Shown in pieces: positions 1-9,854 of a stretch of 59,186 bases of DNA. This stretch comes from Frigoribacterium sp. Its GTDB lineage: Bacteria; Actinomycetota; Actinomycetes; Actinomycetales; Microbacteriaceae. The notes beneath the pieces were generated by a model. The model ran no database searches and had not been told where the DNA came from. It worked only from the letters and a program-made list of their open reading frames with translations. Positions within the stretch are counted from its first letter, which is position 1. Each line of letters opens with the position of its first letter. The translations under genes and the position numbers were made by a program. Location of the stretch: contig JANMBI010000014.1 in assembly GCA_031360325.1 (NCBI GenBank), positions 1 through 59,186 on the forward strand, in the 5' to 3' direction.

Positions 1-108
1 GCCCGTACAGGGTGCAGAATTCAGTGCATGGAGATGGCTGCGGGGCGTCGGGTTGCGCGAGCGCAGAAGCGGTGGGGCGCCCGCACACGATCGGCGTCGA
101 CGGACACG

Positions 109-2286
109 ATGACTGCGGAGGGCAGCGCGTACGGCGAGGCAGTCCGGGCAGTCCGGGCGGGCGAACTCGACGCGGATGCCGCAGCGGACCTCTTAGTCGA
201 GCAGATGACCGATGCGGAGGTCCTCGGCCTGCTCGACGGCGACTCCCCCCGACGGCTCCTGCTGTTCATCCCGCTGCTGCTCGGTCGGCGGCCGTTCGTT
301 GCCGGGGCGGCCCCGCGCCTCGGCATCCCCGGCATCCGGTTCAGCGATGGCGCCCGCGGGGTGGTGATCGGTGCCTCCACCGCTTTCCCCGTGACGATTG
401 CGCGGGCGGCGACCTGGGATCCGCCGCTGGAGGAGCAGGTCGGCCTCGCCATCGGCGTGGAGACCCGGGCACGGGATGCGAACTACTCCGCGTCCGTGTG
501 TGTCAATCTGCTCCGCCATCCCGCATGGGGCCGAGCGCAGGAGTGCTACGGGGAGGATCCGGTGCTCACCGGCCGGATGGGATCCGCCATGACCCGCGGC
601 ATCCGCGTGCACGTGATGGCGTGCGTGAAGCACTTCGCACTCAACTCGATGGAGAACGCGCGCTTCGAGGTCGACGTGTCGGTGGATGAGCACGCACTTC
701 ACGAGGTGTACCTCCCGCACTTCAAGGCGGTAGTGGACGCCGGCGCCGACTCGGTGATGACCGCATACAACCGAGTGCGCGGCGAGCACATGGACGTCAA
801 TGGCGCCCTGCTCACCGATGTGCTGCGCCACGAGTGGGGCTTCTCGGGGTTCGTGACGAGCGACTGGGTATTCGGCACACACCACGCGGTCGCCAGTCTG
901 CAGGCGGGAATGGACGTGGAGATGCCCCTCCGGCTGCTGCGCGCCCGCGCTTTACCGGCGGCGCTGCGGTCGGGTGCATTGGCTCGGGCGACGGTGCTCC
1001 GGTCGGCGCACCGCGTCCTGCGAACGATCGTGCTGCACGAGGCGACCCGCGAGCTAGCGAGTCCGAGCGCCGACCTCATCGCCTCACCGGCGCACCGGGC
1101 GCTCGCCCGCCGGGTCGCCACGGATTCGATCGTGCTGCTGAAGAACGAGCCCGTCGGCGCGGCGCCGCTGCTGCCGCTGGACCCCGGCATCCGGCACCTC
1201 GCTGTTGTCGGCCGGCTGGCGGCACTGCCGAACCTCGGCGATCACGGCTCGTCACGCGTTCGGCCCCCCTCGACGGTCTCGCCGCTGCAGGGGCTGCGCG
1301 AGGCGCTTCCCGGGGTGCGGATCACGACCCCATCCGGGCCGAGCGCTCGAGCCGCCGCCGCTGCCGCCGCCGCGGCGAACACGGCGATCGTGGTCGTCGG
1401 CCTTGACCAACACGACGAGGGCGAGTCGGTCGTCACCGGCAGCGTCGAGGTGGGCGTGCTCGGCCGGGCGTTCAGTGCGGGGCCTCTTCGGGCGCCGCTC
1501 ATCGGACTCGCTCACCTGGCGTCGCACTTCGTCCGGGGCGGCGACCGCAGCTCGCTCGATCTGCGCCCGTCCGACGTGGAACTCATCCAGGCTGTCGCTG
1601 CCGCCAACCCGCGCACCATCGTCATCCTGATCGGTGGCAGCGCGATTCTGACGGAGACGTGGCGACAGCGCGTGCCGGCCCTCCTCCTCGCCTGGTACGG
1701 CGGGATGGAGGGCGGCCGCGCGCTCGCGAGCGTGCTCACCGGCGAGGTGGAACCGAGTGGCCGACTGCCGTTCGTCGTGCCGACGGACGCCGCGCACCTT
1801 CCCCCGTTCGACGCCGCCGCGAAGTCCGTCGTCTACGACGACCGCTGGGGTCAACGACTGCTCGACGCGGAGGGACACGTGGCCGCGTTCCCGTTCGGAT
1901 TCGGCCTCGGCTACACAACGATCGAGCACCGGCTGATCGACCACCGCTTCGACGACACGGGCGGCAACGCCAACGTGCTGGTGACCAACACCGGCGACCG
2001 CGAGGGCTCGACCGTCGTGCAGGTCTACGCCGCGGACGTGTCGATCCGCAGGCCGGTGGCTCAGCTGCTGGGCTTCCAGAAAGTGACGCTGCAACCCGGT
2101 GCGGAGACGACCGTACGAGTCGAACTGGATGCGGGGCCCACCCTGCAGCGTGATCCGGCGACACGGCGCTGGTCCCCCCGCGCGGGCGACTGGGCGCTGC
2201 TCGCCGCCCAGCACAGCCCGAGTTGCTGGGAGGACGGGCGCCGACTGCGTCGGCCCGCCGGCACGCACGATGCTCAGATCGGGTGA
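109..2286 (+). CDS. GH3 beta-glucosidase
   Basis: GH3 motifs FSDGARG, WGRAQECYGEDP, CVKHFA, VMTAYN, FVTSDW (nucleophile Asp), IVLLKN, and a C-terminal Fn3-like domain. ATG 109 (MTAEG) preferred over ORF start 28. Confidence 0.9.
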   Translation: MTAEGSAYGEAVRAVRAGELDADAAADLLVEQMTDAEVLGLLDGDSPRRLLLFIPLLLGRRPFVAGAAPRLGIPGIRFSDGARGVVIGASTAFPVTIARAATWDPPLEEQVGLAIGVETRARDANYSASVCVNLLRHPAWGRAQECYGEDPVLTGRMGSAMTRGIRVHVMACVKHFALNSMENARFEVDVSVDEHALHEVYLPHFKAVVDAGADSVMTAYNRVRGEHMDVNGALLTDVLRHEWGFSGFVTSDWVFGTHHAVASLQAGMDVEMPLRLLRARALPAALRSGALARATVLRSAHRVLRTIVLHEATRELASPSADLIASPAHRALARRVATDSIVLLKNEPVGAAPLLPLDPGIRHLAVVGRLAALPNLGDHGSSRVRPPSTVSPLQGLREALPGVRITTPSGPSARAAAAAAAAANTAIVVVGLDQHDEGESVVTGSVEVGVLGRAFSAGPLRAPLIGLAHLASHFVRGGDRSSLDLRPSDVELIQAVAAANPRTIVILIGGSAILTETWRQRVPALLLAWYGGMEGGRALASVLTGEVEPSGRLPFVVPTDAAHLPPFDAAAKSVVYDDRWGQRLLDAEGHVAAFPFGFGLGYTTIEHRLIDHRFDDTGGNANVLVTNTGDREGSTVVQVYAADVSIRRPVAQLLGFQKVTLQPGAETTVRVELDAGPTLQRDPATRRWSPRAGDWALLAAQHSPSCWEDGRRLRRPAGTHDAQIG

Positions 2287-2306
2287 CTGCAGCTGCGCGG
2301 GCCTTG

Positions 2307-3815
2307 TCAGCCGCTCGGAGACTCCTCGACAATGTCGGACGCGACAGGGGCAGCCTCGACAGGGGCAGGAGGACGAGCCGCGAACCCCTCCACGCGCACA
2401 GGGAGTGATTTGTCGACTCCAAGCACGCAGCGGAGCAGCCGCCGCGCCTCCCACCGGAACGACACTCGTGCCTCGTCGTGCCGCAGCACCAGGGTCCCGT
2501 CGGAATCGGCGTACCGCTTCTGCAGATCGACAAGCTCCTCGGCCTGCATCAGCGCCACCGTGCTGTTAGCGGCTCGGTCGATCAGGCGCACCAGAGAGGT
2601 CGGTCCCGTCAGATCGCTCGCGATCTGGCGTTGCTCGCTCGCGGCGAAGATTGTCTTCTGGGCGGCGCGTGTCACGATCAGCGGACGGGATGGCCCGTTC
2701 AGCAGTCTGCTCAGCACGTCCGCGGCTGCGTCGGGGTGGCCGATCCGCTGCGCCGCCTCACGCATCCGCTGCAGGCGCCCCGGCTCGCGCAGCACCTCGT
2801 CGATCTTCCAGCCGATTGTGGCGGCGGAATTGCAGCGCACGGCCGCCCCCTGCTCCATCAGGTAGTCGCCGTTGCGAACCTCCTGCCCGGGGATGGGGTT
2901 CACCAGAACCATGGGCAACCCGGCGGCCATGCACTCCGATGCTGTCAGCCCGCCCGGCTTGCCCACGAAAAGGTCGGCATGGCGCAACAGCTGCGGCATC
3001 TCCGCCGTGAAGCCGAGCACGCGGTATCTTTTGCCGGCAGGCGCCACCAGCTGCTCGATGCGCTGCCGCAGCGCGTCGTTGCGTCCACACACGATCGTGG
3101 CCGTGAACGGAGAGCGCATGTGCAGCGTCTGCCGCACAACCGCGACGGCGTAGTCGCCGCCGGCCGCGCCAGCGGAAATCAGCAGCATCGGCGGCCTGCC
3201 GCGGTCGCGCGCGATCGCCTGCTCCGGTTGCGCCGCGATCGGAATGCCGGTGACCGCGACACGGTCGGGAGGCAGGCCCAGCGCCATCAGCTGCACCCTG
3301 CCCTCCTCCCTCGCGACAAAGAGAGTGTGGAAGGCGCCCGTGAGCCACAGGCCCTGGAAGTCGTAGTCGGTGGTGACGACTGCGGTCCTCGCGTCGATCA
3401 CGCCGCGCAGCAGCAGAGACGCCAGCAGCTGGGCCGGTAGGAAGTGGGTGCAGACGATCGCGGTCGGTCGGAATCGCTTGATCGCACGGACGACCGGAAG
3501 CGCGTTTGCCTGTGTCCAGGGGTCGATCGGGCCGCGACGCCGGAACGGCGGGTCGCTGATGTCGTAACCCCACTCCACCAGCCATGGCAAGTTCTCGACC
3601 AGGACGAAGTAACCCTTTCCCAGCAGGTCGCGGTAGAGCACGCTGCTCTCCTGCAGCACGTCCAGCACCCGCACTTCGTCGATGTCGGCGCGCGCGGCGC
3701 ACGCCTGCTGCACCGCCGCTGCGGCGCTGTTGTGCCCCGATCCCACCCCTGCGGACAGAACTAGCACGCGCTCCCCGCCGGCGGTGTTGAAGCCTGGTAC
3801 CAACTTCCTGCGCAT
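2307..3815 (-). CDS. MGDG synthase/UgtP-like glycosyltransferase (GT28)
   Basis: SAGVGSGHNSAA, IVCTHFLP, VVTTDY, GKPGGLTASE, PIPGQEVRN motifs. Start placed at ATG 3815 (MRRKL). Confidence 0.85.
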   Translation of the reverse strand: MRRKLVPGFNTAGGERVLVLSAGVGSGHNSAAAAVQQACAARADIDEVRVLDVLQESSVLYRDLLGKGYFVLVENLPWLVEWGYDISDPPFRRRGPIDPWTQANALPVVRAIKRFRPTAIVCTHFLPAQLLASLLLRGVIDARTAVVTTDYDFQGLWLTGAFHTLFVAREEGRVQLMALGLPPDRVAVTGIPIAAQPEQAIARDRGRPPMLLISAGAAGGDYAVAVVRQTLHMRSPFTATIVCGRNDALRQRIEQLVAPAGKRYRVLGFTAEMPQLLRHADLFVGKPGGLTASECMAAGLPMVLVNPIPGQEVRNGDYLMEQGAAVRCNSAATIGWKIDEVLREPGRLQRMREAAQRIGHPDAAADVLSRLLNGPSRPLIVTRAAQKTIFAASEQRQIASDLTGPTSLVRLIDRAANSTVALMQAEELVDLQKRYADSDGTLVLRHDEARVSFRWEARRLLRCVLGVDKSLPVRVEGFAARPPAPVEAAPVASDIVEESPSG

Positions 3816-4567
3816 GAAGAGATGGTAGCGGGCCGCATGCCTCGCCCACCTACCCGTCCTGGACCTACTCTCTCGGAACCGAGGGGGCACTGCTGGTCGA
3901 AACTCTTCAGCTCGAAGAGATCCCAAAATCAGAGCTGCCTAAAACGCATCGCCAGATGTGCGAACCGCCGCTCCAGGACGAATGAGTGAGCCGAATACCC
4001 GGCCCTATTTCTGCTTTCTTGGATTCTCTGCCTCGCGCTCGTTTACCTTGGGATAGTTCTCGGCGCGAATCACTAGATCGGACCTGCTCAGTGAACCGTC
4101 CCCGGTTTCGTGCCGTTTCAATTTTGGCGACCACCGGCAATTTCAGCGAAACACGAGAGTGAGATCAAAACGGCCTTTCGACCCGCCGGGCCGCCCGCAA
4201 GCCGGACGGCTAGCTAGCGGACATTCCCCCGCAGTCATTGACATCGAACCCTCTCGGTGTACAAAAAGGTGCCCGTATAGGTGCCCCGTAAGGAATTCCC
4301 GGTCAGGTGCGTCATACGCACAAGACTGGTTCCCTCGGATCTGGCCTCGATGGTTTCCTCCGGCCACGCCCCCTCCTTGTCGACAACACCGGCAGGTCAG
4401 CAATGCGAAAAGCGCTAGCTCGAGTATCTCGATGCGGTTGCCCACGGGAGGACCCGCCGACTTCCCTTTGTTTGTAGGCCAAAGTGCCGATTCTTGATTC
4501 TGCGCGCGAGAGGCAGCAAGACAGCTCAGGTCCCCTCTCGCCGTCGCCGGAGGCCCGCGCGCGGTAG

Positions 4568-5278
4568 CTACCCGGCCCGCCCACGCCGTCCCGGCGGGAG
4601 TAGTCCGCGGTCTCGGGCGCGGGTGACCCAGCCCTGCGCGGTGGACAAGGCGACGCCGCCGATCTCGGCCATCGTCGCCGACGGGTTCAGATCGCCGCTC
4701 GCGGCGAGTCGGCCGTGCTGGAGGGCGACGAGTTCGTAGAAGTCTGGGGTGCGTTTGGGGTCACCGAGTGGATGGAGTAGGTCGCGCTCGCTGATCTTGC
4801 GGCCGCTGGGGAGTTCGATCCTGCCGCCGGTCACGGTGCTAGTGCGCCGCATGGCGAACAGGCGGTTGTTGATTGCGGCCTCGATCCTCGCGGTGGGCAG
4901 TTCGCGTAGGAGTTGGCTGGTGATGGGGTCGCCGGGTCGCCACGGCAGGTAGGTGATGCCGGTGATGCGGACTTCCTCGGGGACGGCGTAGAGCTGGCGT
5001 TGGAGTCGGAGCATCACGCGGGTCCCGGTGGCCTCGTGCTCGATGTAGCGCCAGCGCCCGTCGATCGTCTGGTTCTGCTCGGAGCCGAGCTGCGCCTCCC
5101 GTTGCTCAGCGGTGAGTACCTGGTCGTTGTAGCCGAGGATTCGGTCGATCTCGTCGCTAGCGTCGTCGGTACGCTCGCCGGGGAACCGGCTCGCCAGATG
5201 CCAGCCCGCGGGCAGGTCTTCCTGGACAAGCAGCCCGTCGTAGGTCTGGTCGCCGGGCAGTCGTGGAGCGGTCGGCAT
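4568..5278 (-). CDS. Putative element regulator with C-terminal HTH (DUF6214-like); paralog of 29340-30050
   Basis: 236 aa, collinear with 29340-30050. C-terminal PSATMAEIGGVALSTAQGWVTRARDRGLL is HTH-like. Divergent from xis-int. Confidence 0.75.
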   Translation of the reverse strand: MPTAPRLPGDQTYDGLLVQEDLPAGWHLASRFPGERTDDASDEIDRILGYNDQVLTAEQREAQLGSEQNQTIDGRWRYIEHEATGTRVMLRLQRQLYAVPEEVRITGITYLPWRPGDPITSQLLRELPTARIEAAINNRLFAMRRTSTVTGGRIELPSGRKISERDLLHPLGDPKRTPDFYELVALQHGRLAASGDLNPSATMAEIGGVALSTAQGWVTRARDRGLLPPGRRGRAG

Positions 5279-5308
5279 ATGCCGAGTCTAACGAATCTTC
5301 GAGCCATC

Positions 5309-5366
5309 TCAGGTAGTTGCGGTTATCTACGTTGAGGGCTACACTCAAATATCCGCAACTATCTGA
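5309..5366. promoter_or_regulatory. Inverted repeat in the regulator/xis intergenic region (candidate operator)
   Basis: tcaggtagttgcgg (5309-5322) pairs with ccgcaactatctga (5353-5366), 13/14. Inner ttgag/ctcaa stem. Confidence 0.55.
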
Positions 5367-5393
5367 TGTGCGGTCGCGCGAGAGGAGGTCGCG

Positions 5394-5606
5394 ATGGGCG
5401 AAGGTGTTGTGCGCGGGAGGCTGACTGAGCCGGCGCGGCTGTTCTATTCCGAGGAGGAGACCGCCGCCCTGCTCGGCATCCACCGCACGACACTGCGAGG
5501 CCTCGCCCTCGACGGCCGAGCGCCGGTGGAACCGATTCGGCTCACCCAACACAAACGCGTCTACCGCCGCATTGACGTGGAGCGGCTGGCGGGGGTCGTC
5601 GAATGA
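5394..5606 (+). CDS. Excisionase-like HTH protein
   Basis: LFYSEEETAALLGIHRTTLRGL HTH, RBS aggagg, ATGA overlap with the integrase. Paralog of 30163-30375. Confidence 0.75.
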   Translation: MGEGVVRGRLTEPARLFYSEEETAALLGIHRTTLRGLALDGRAPVEPIRLTQHKRVYRRIDVERLAGVVE

Positions 5607-6057
5607 GCGTCGAGGCCCGCACGACGAAGACGGGCAAGACCCGTTACCTTGCCCGCGTGCGATCCGGCGAAGTGCTCGTCGCCTCCAAGACCTTCGGCCG
5701 CAAAAGCGACGCTGAGGCATGGGAACGGGAGCAGAAGCACCTGCTCGATACCGGCCGGCCGCTGCCGCCGAAGCGGAACTTCACGCTCGGCGAACTCGTC
5801 GGCATGTTCCTCCTGGCACGCAAGAGCGGCAACCCGCACACGGTCGACACCGATCGGAACAACCTCGCCTCGCTCCCGCAGTCGCTGCTGGCCCGCCCGC
5901 TCGTCTCGATCCAGGCGAGCGACGCGACTTCGTCCAGCGCCTCGCCGCCGCAGAGAGAGTCGTCAAAAAGTCCGGACACTCCACGGACACTCGGCCGAAA
6001 ATCCAGCCCCGGAGCCTGCCGAAGAAGAATCAGAGTACCCCCGGAATAGCCTTCTGA
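5603..6057 (+). pseudogene. Tyrosine integrase with the catalytic domain deleted
   Basis: The first ~107 aa align with the N-terminus of 30372-31505. The sequence then jumps, in another frame, to GERRDFVQRL, which resembles the C-terminal GERQTIEALRRL. No R/HxxR/Y catalytic motifs remain. Confidence 0.8.
5973..5992. repeat. Integrase arm-type direct repeat of the relic element
   Basis: cggacactc twice at an 11-bp period, in the same position relative to int and att as 31431-31449. Confidence 0.55.
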
Positions 6058-6069
6058 TCAGGTATTTTG

Positions 6070-6128
6070 TGCGGAGCCGGTGGGATTTGAACCCACGGAG
6101 GGCTTACGCCCTCTCCACCTTAGCAGGG
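6070..6128 (-). other. att site: displaced 3' half of tRNA-Ser(GCT)
   Basis: Matches 31532-31592 in the acceptor 3' strand, T arm and anticodon loop. Differs only in the variable arm. Confidence 0.9.
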
Positions 6129-6210
6129 CCAGCCACGTGTGCAGCTGGTGCAGGAATCGTGCGATCCTGCATCTGAAACACGCCTGATTCGGTGTTGTCC
6201 GCGCACGCTA

Positions 6211-6229
6211 GGACCCCTACGGGACCCTC
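6211..6229. repeat. Integrase arm-type direct repeat, left end
   Basis: ggacccct/ggaccctc at an 11-bp period; same motif as 31431-31449. Confidence 0.65.
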
Positions 6230-6245
6230 GACTGCATGCCCGCGG

Positions 6246-6563
6246 TCAGCCGCTGACGCGATCTTCCCAGTAGCCAGGGCGACGCCGCTCGTGAGCATAA
6301 GCGACGACGTAAACCTCACTATCGATCCGAAGATAGACGATGTCGAACGGGAAACCGGGGACGCTACGTGAGTAAACCTGCGGCGTTCGGCGGCGATCCC
6401 GGTAGAAGCCCCAACTTATCGAGGGATCAAGGATGCTCTCGATCGCCGCATCTACAGCATCCATGAAGACATCGCCCCAACCGGGACGGTTCGTCTCGTA
6501 CCACGTCGCGGCGGCACGGTATTCGTCAAGTGCTTCGGCGTGCTCGCGCCAAGCTAAGGTCAC
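6246..6563 (-). CDS. RelE/ParE-family toxin
   Basis: AEALDEYRAAATWYE, FPFDIVY, VVAYAHERRRPGYW are typical of plasmid-stabilisation toxins. GTGA overlap with the antitoxin. Confidence 0.85.
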   Translation of the reverse strand: MTLAWREHAEALDEYRAAATWYETNRPGWGDVFMDAVDAAIESILDPSISWGFYRDRRRTPQVYSRSVPGFPFDIVYLRIDSEVYVVAYAHERRRPGYWEDRVSG

Positions 6564-6811
6564 TTGCGAAGCGCCGCGACCTCGGCGCGCACTTTGGTGT
6601 GCGCCGCGCGCCCATCAATTAGCCTCGCCCCGCCACTGACGATTTCCTTCACACGCCTGTCGACGGCCTCGTCCCACGCTTCATCGATGTCCACCTGATC
6701 TGCACCGGCGTCCCGGTCCACGCTGAGCAGAAGCTGATGAGCCGCCTCAAGGCGCTCATCCGCGTCGAGGGCCTTGCCCGCCTCAATATAGTCCGCCAGC
6801 TTCGGTGTCAT
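6560..6811 (-). CDS. Addiction-module antitoxin (Unstab_antitox/TIGR02574-like)
   Basis: ALDADERLEAAHQLLLSV and IDEAWDEAVDRRVKEIVSG pattern; directly upstream of the toxin. Confidence 0.85.
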   Translation of the reverse strand: MTPKLADYIEAGKALDADERLEAAHQLLLSVDRDAGADQVDIDEAWDEAVDRRVKEIVSGGARLIDGRAAHTKVRAEVAALRK

Positions 6812-6856
6812 GCGTCAAGTGTAGAGCGGCGCACTGCCTTCTAGGTGGCGATCACT

Positions 6857-7003
6857 TGGCGGAGACGGTGGGATTTGAAGCCTATTAGGGACATCATCTG
6901 AGCCGGTGTTCGCTCGATTCCGGTGAAATATCAGCGAGCGCCTGGCTCCAAAATCACATCGAAACCCGTTCCGAACTCTTTAGTTGTGGGCGAACGGTGG
7001 GCA
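6857..7003 (-). other. Relic att end: tRNA-Ser-like 3' fragment plus GTGGGC arm repeats
   Basis: 6857-6879 reads TTCAAATCCCACCGTCTCCGCCA on the minus strand. gtgggc occurs at 6986 and 6997 (11-bp period). Confidence 0.6.
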
Positions 7004-7179
7004 AACGGCTAGTGCCCCAGCCCACGTATCAGAGGTCGCTCCCGATACCTACTCATTCAATTCTGCTACCGATGGCGACGAATTGCGTTGCCAAGCTGCG
7101 CTCTAAATACGAAGCGCCAACTCGATCGCAGGCGCTGGCTTCACCTCGGCGCACCTAATTTCTTTCTAACCAGCCGTGC

Positions 7180-9483
7180 TCATACCTTGAGAAGTTCGGC
7201 CGGGTCTATTCCGAGCGCTTCACACATGCCCGTGAGGTGATCCTTATCGACGTGCTCCATTAACTCGAAAACCGATTCCAGAGTGGGAATCGCTTCACCG
7301 GGTTGGATGCCCATGTCCGTATTGGTTTCAAGGTGGGAGTGGATGTGAAGGAAGCGAACAATGCGACCCTTTACCGGATCACCAACGTTTTTCACGGCCG
7401 CCTCAACTGACTGGTCAAAGCTCCCGAGGAACTGTGGAAACTTGAAGCTGAGGAAGCTCTCTAAGATTTTCCGCGCGGCGTTAGGAATGAGGACCATAGC
7501 CTCGGTCTCTTTCACGATGTCTGGTGAGTCCCGAAGCTCCATAAGTGAGGTTGCGACCCTCCAGAAGAGGTAGTGATATTCCGAACGGGTCTTCCTTCGA
7601 AAGTGCTCGTCGGTGGGCCAGGCCGAGAGCACTGGGACTCGCACCGGCTTCCCGCCGACATTCTTCGTGACCATACGCAGCTCATGGATACTGCTTGTCG
7701 GTTTCCCCTTGAAATTGGGTCCGTCCAGTTGGTTCGACCAAATCCGGAAGAGCTCAAAATTGTGGGTGAAAAGTATCAACTGCCGAGTCGGATCCTTCGT
7801 CACGAGCTCAGACCAAAGATGGCTACTCGCGCCGACAAGTACATTCGCATCCAAGGATGAAACAGGGTCGTCGACGACAACGACAAGGTTCTCTCCGGAG
7901 TCCTTATTGTTGAGGCTACTAAGGAAGTACAGCAACGAAATGGCGGTCTGCTCCCCCTCGCTGAGTCCAAGAGCAGGGGCGCCATTTCGTTCAATGACGT
8001 ACTTGCCATCACGTGAGGCAAAGGTGAGGTCGGAACGCCCGAGAAGCCTGGCCACATTTGCTGTCAGCTGGGTAGCGAGCGGCCCAGGATCCCCGAGAGG
8101 TTGGCTCAGAGTAGCCACCTCTTCGGCATAACCTTTCAGCTCGCCTTCCGCTGCTTCAATGACATCGCCGAGTCGCTTCCATTCTTTCTTTTCCTTGTCA
8201 TACGAATCGAGGTCATTGAAGATCCGGTACATCTCGACCCGATGCGCTGCTTCGGTCCGGAACTTATCAAACTCGTCGACCTGCTTGTTGTGACGGTCAA
8301 CCACAGCGACAACATCTGCAGCGCTTGGCACCGCAGCCAACTTCGGGATGATGTCTTCGTAGCTGTCGAAAAGGCGGCCGGCTTTAGCTGCGGTCAAAAC
8401 CTTCAGCTCCGCGATGGAAGCCACATATGCGGTCACCTGAGTCTGAAACGCAGCAAAGGCTTCTTTGTACGGTGTGGCTAGAACGGGGAACAGCTGGTCT
8501 ACCCGCGGGAAGCCACTCTTCTCATCGGTGGCTGCTTTGCCAGCGGTCTCCAAAGCTTTGACCAGTTTCTCGACATCTTCTTGAAGAGTCTTCGAACTCG
8601 CATCGAAATGATCCCGCAGCGCGTCCAGCCGTATCGGGGTCAACGCATTTCCACAAAAAGCGCACGTCTGCCGGTCGTCATGAAGATGAAGTCCTGTCTG
8701 AGCCCACTCGGCCAAAGCAGGGTTAGCCTTCAACTCCTCAATCGCTGTGCCCGCTGCGGTTCTCTTAGTCAGGGCTGTGAGCGCAGTTCCTGCCGCCACC
8801 AGATCCGGATGTGCAACCGCCACCAAAGTCTGCGTCGGCATGTTCACCGCCTTCGCAACCGCCAGGTCATCGAGAAGCTCGGTGGACCTCTCCTCCAATA
8901 CTTTCCGATCCCCGTCGGCGATCGGTGTGACCTGCGACTTGGTGTAACTCCTCGCGCGGTACCTGCCCTCCAGCTGCGACAGGTCCTCCACAATCCGAGA
9001 AGCAATCCGAGTAAGGACAGCGCCGGCAGCAGCATTCGCTGCAGTTTTGTCTCGTTTCCAACCAGGCATCGCAGCATTGATCGCGGTAACCGAGCCCTCT
9101 ATCTCCGCCATGCGATCCGCAGCGCCAATAGCGTCCTTCCCCAAAACAAGGAGAGCCTCAGCTTCACTCCCACCCTCATGGTCGAACCGCAACGAGCTCT
9201 TCACGAACTCACGATTGAAGACCCGAACTCTCCGCCAAAAAGCATCACTCGCGTCAGCGACCCGACGAGTGTCATTCGGGCTGCCCTCTTTCTCGACATC
9301 GATAACCAGACCATGGCTACCAGCAACACCTGAAGCAGCCACCAACAGCAAACTTGAAAGCGTTGACTTCCCCGAACCGTTCTGCCCATAGATAACGTTC
9401 ACCCGATTGAGAGACCTGGTCCCAGGATTTGTCCAAGCCTGGAAAGCCTGGAAGTTCTTGATGCTGACAACATGTCGAATCAT
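7180..9483 (-). CDS. rloC: RloC-like AAA_13 ABC-ATPase with zinc hook and HEPN domain (anticodon nuclease)
   Basis: Walker A GQNGSGKS, coiled coil with CAFC hook, LSEGE signature, VVVVDDPVSSLD, LFTHN, C-terminal HEPN NAARKILESFL...RFLHIHSH. Confidence 0.8.
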   Translation of the reverse strand: MIRHVVSIKNFQAFQAWTNPGTRSLNRVNVIYGQNGSGKSTLSSLLLVAASGVAGSHGLVIDVEKEGSPNDTRRVADASDAFWRRVRVFNREFVKSSLRFDHEGGSEAEALLVLGKDAIGAADRMAEIEGSVTAINAAMPGWKRDKTAANAAAGAVLTRIASRIVEDLSQLEGRYRARSYTKSQVTPIADGDRKVLEERSTELLDDLAVAKAVNMPTQTLVAVAHPDLVAAGTALTALTKRTAAGTAIEELKANPALAEWAQTGLHLHDDRQTCAFCGNALTPIRLDALRDHFDASSKTLQEDVEKLVKALETAGKAATDEKSGFPRVDQLFPVLATPYKEAFAAFQTQVTAYVASIAELKVLTAAKAGRLFDSYEDIIPKLAAVPSAADVVAVVDRHNKQVDEFDKFRTEAAHRVEMYRIFNDLDSYDKEKKEWKRLGDVIEAAEGELKGYAEEVATLSQPLGDPGPLATQLTANVARLLGRSDLTFASRDGKYVIERNGAPALGLSEGEQTAISLLYFLSSLNNKDSGENLVVVVDDPVSSLDANVLVGASSHLWSELVTKDPTRQLILFTHNFELFRIWSNQLDGPNFKGKPTSSIHELRMVTKNVGGKPVRVPVLSAWPTDEHFRRKTRSEYHYLFWRVATSLMELRDSPDIVKETEAMVLIPNAARKILESFLSFKFPQFLGSFDQSVEAAVKNVGDPVKGRIVRFLHIHSHLETNTDMGIQPGEAIPTLESVFELMEHVDKDHLTGMCEALGIDPAELLKV

Positions 9484-9854
9484 GCTTCACATCTTGGCCC
9501 AACTAGGCCGACAGGTCGGTCTTTTTCGTGGTCAAGGCTTGATCGTCGCTCGGACATTTTCTCCTTGGACCGGCCACCAAAGTGGTCTTAGCTGCCGAGA
9601 ATAGTCGGCGGAAAAACGTACAACCCGCTTGTCAAGGAAAGTGGCTTCGAAGCAACTGAACAAGGTGCGCGCTGGGTGCGGCCGCTATATCCGCGGAGCA
9701 GAACTAACCTTGCGGTCGACCAGCGTCGAATACGACTATTCCTGCGACTCGTTCCCGGATCTCATCTGAAACCGGGCGCCCCGCTAGTACGTCATATACG
9801 TATCCGGGCGCCTGTGGACGCAGACCTCGAAAGTCAACTTCCGCCTGACCTTTC

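Noticed and set aside
4092-4112. tgaaccgtccccggtttc resembling an IS3-family terminal repeat
   Set aside because: No partner repeat or transposase; too short to support.
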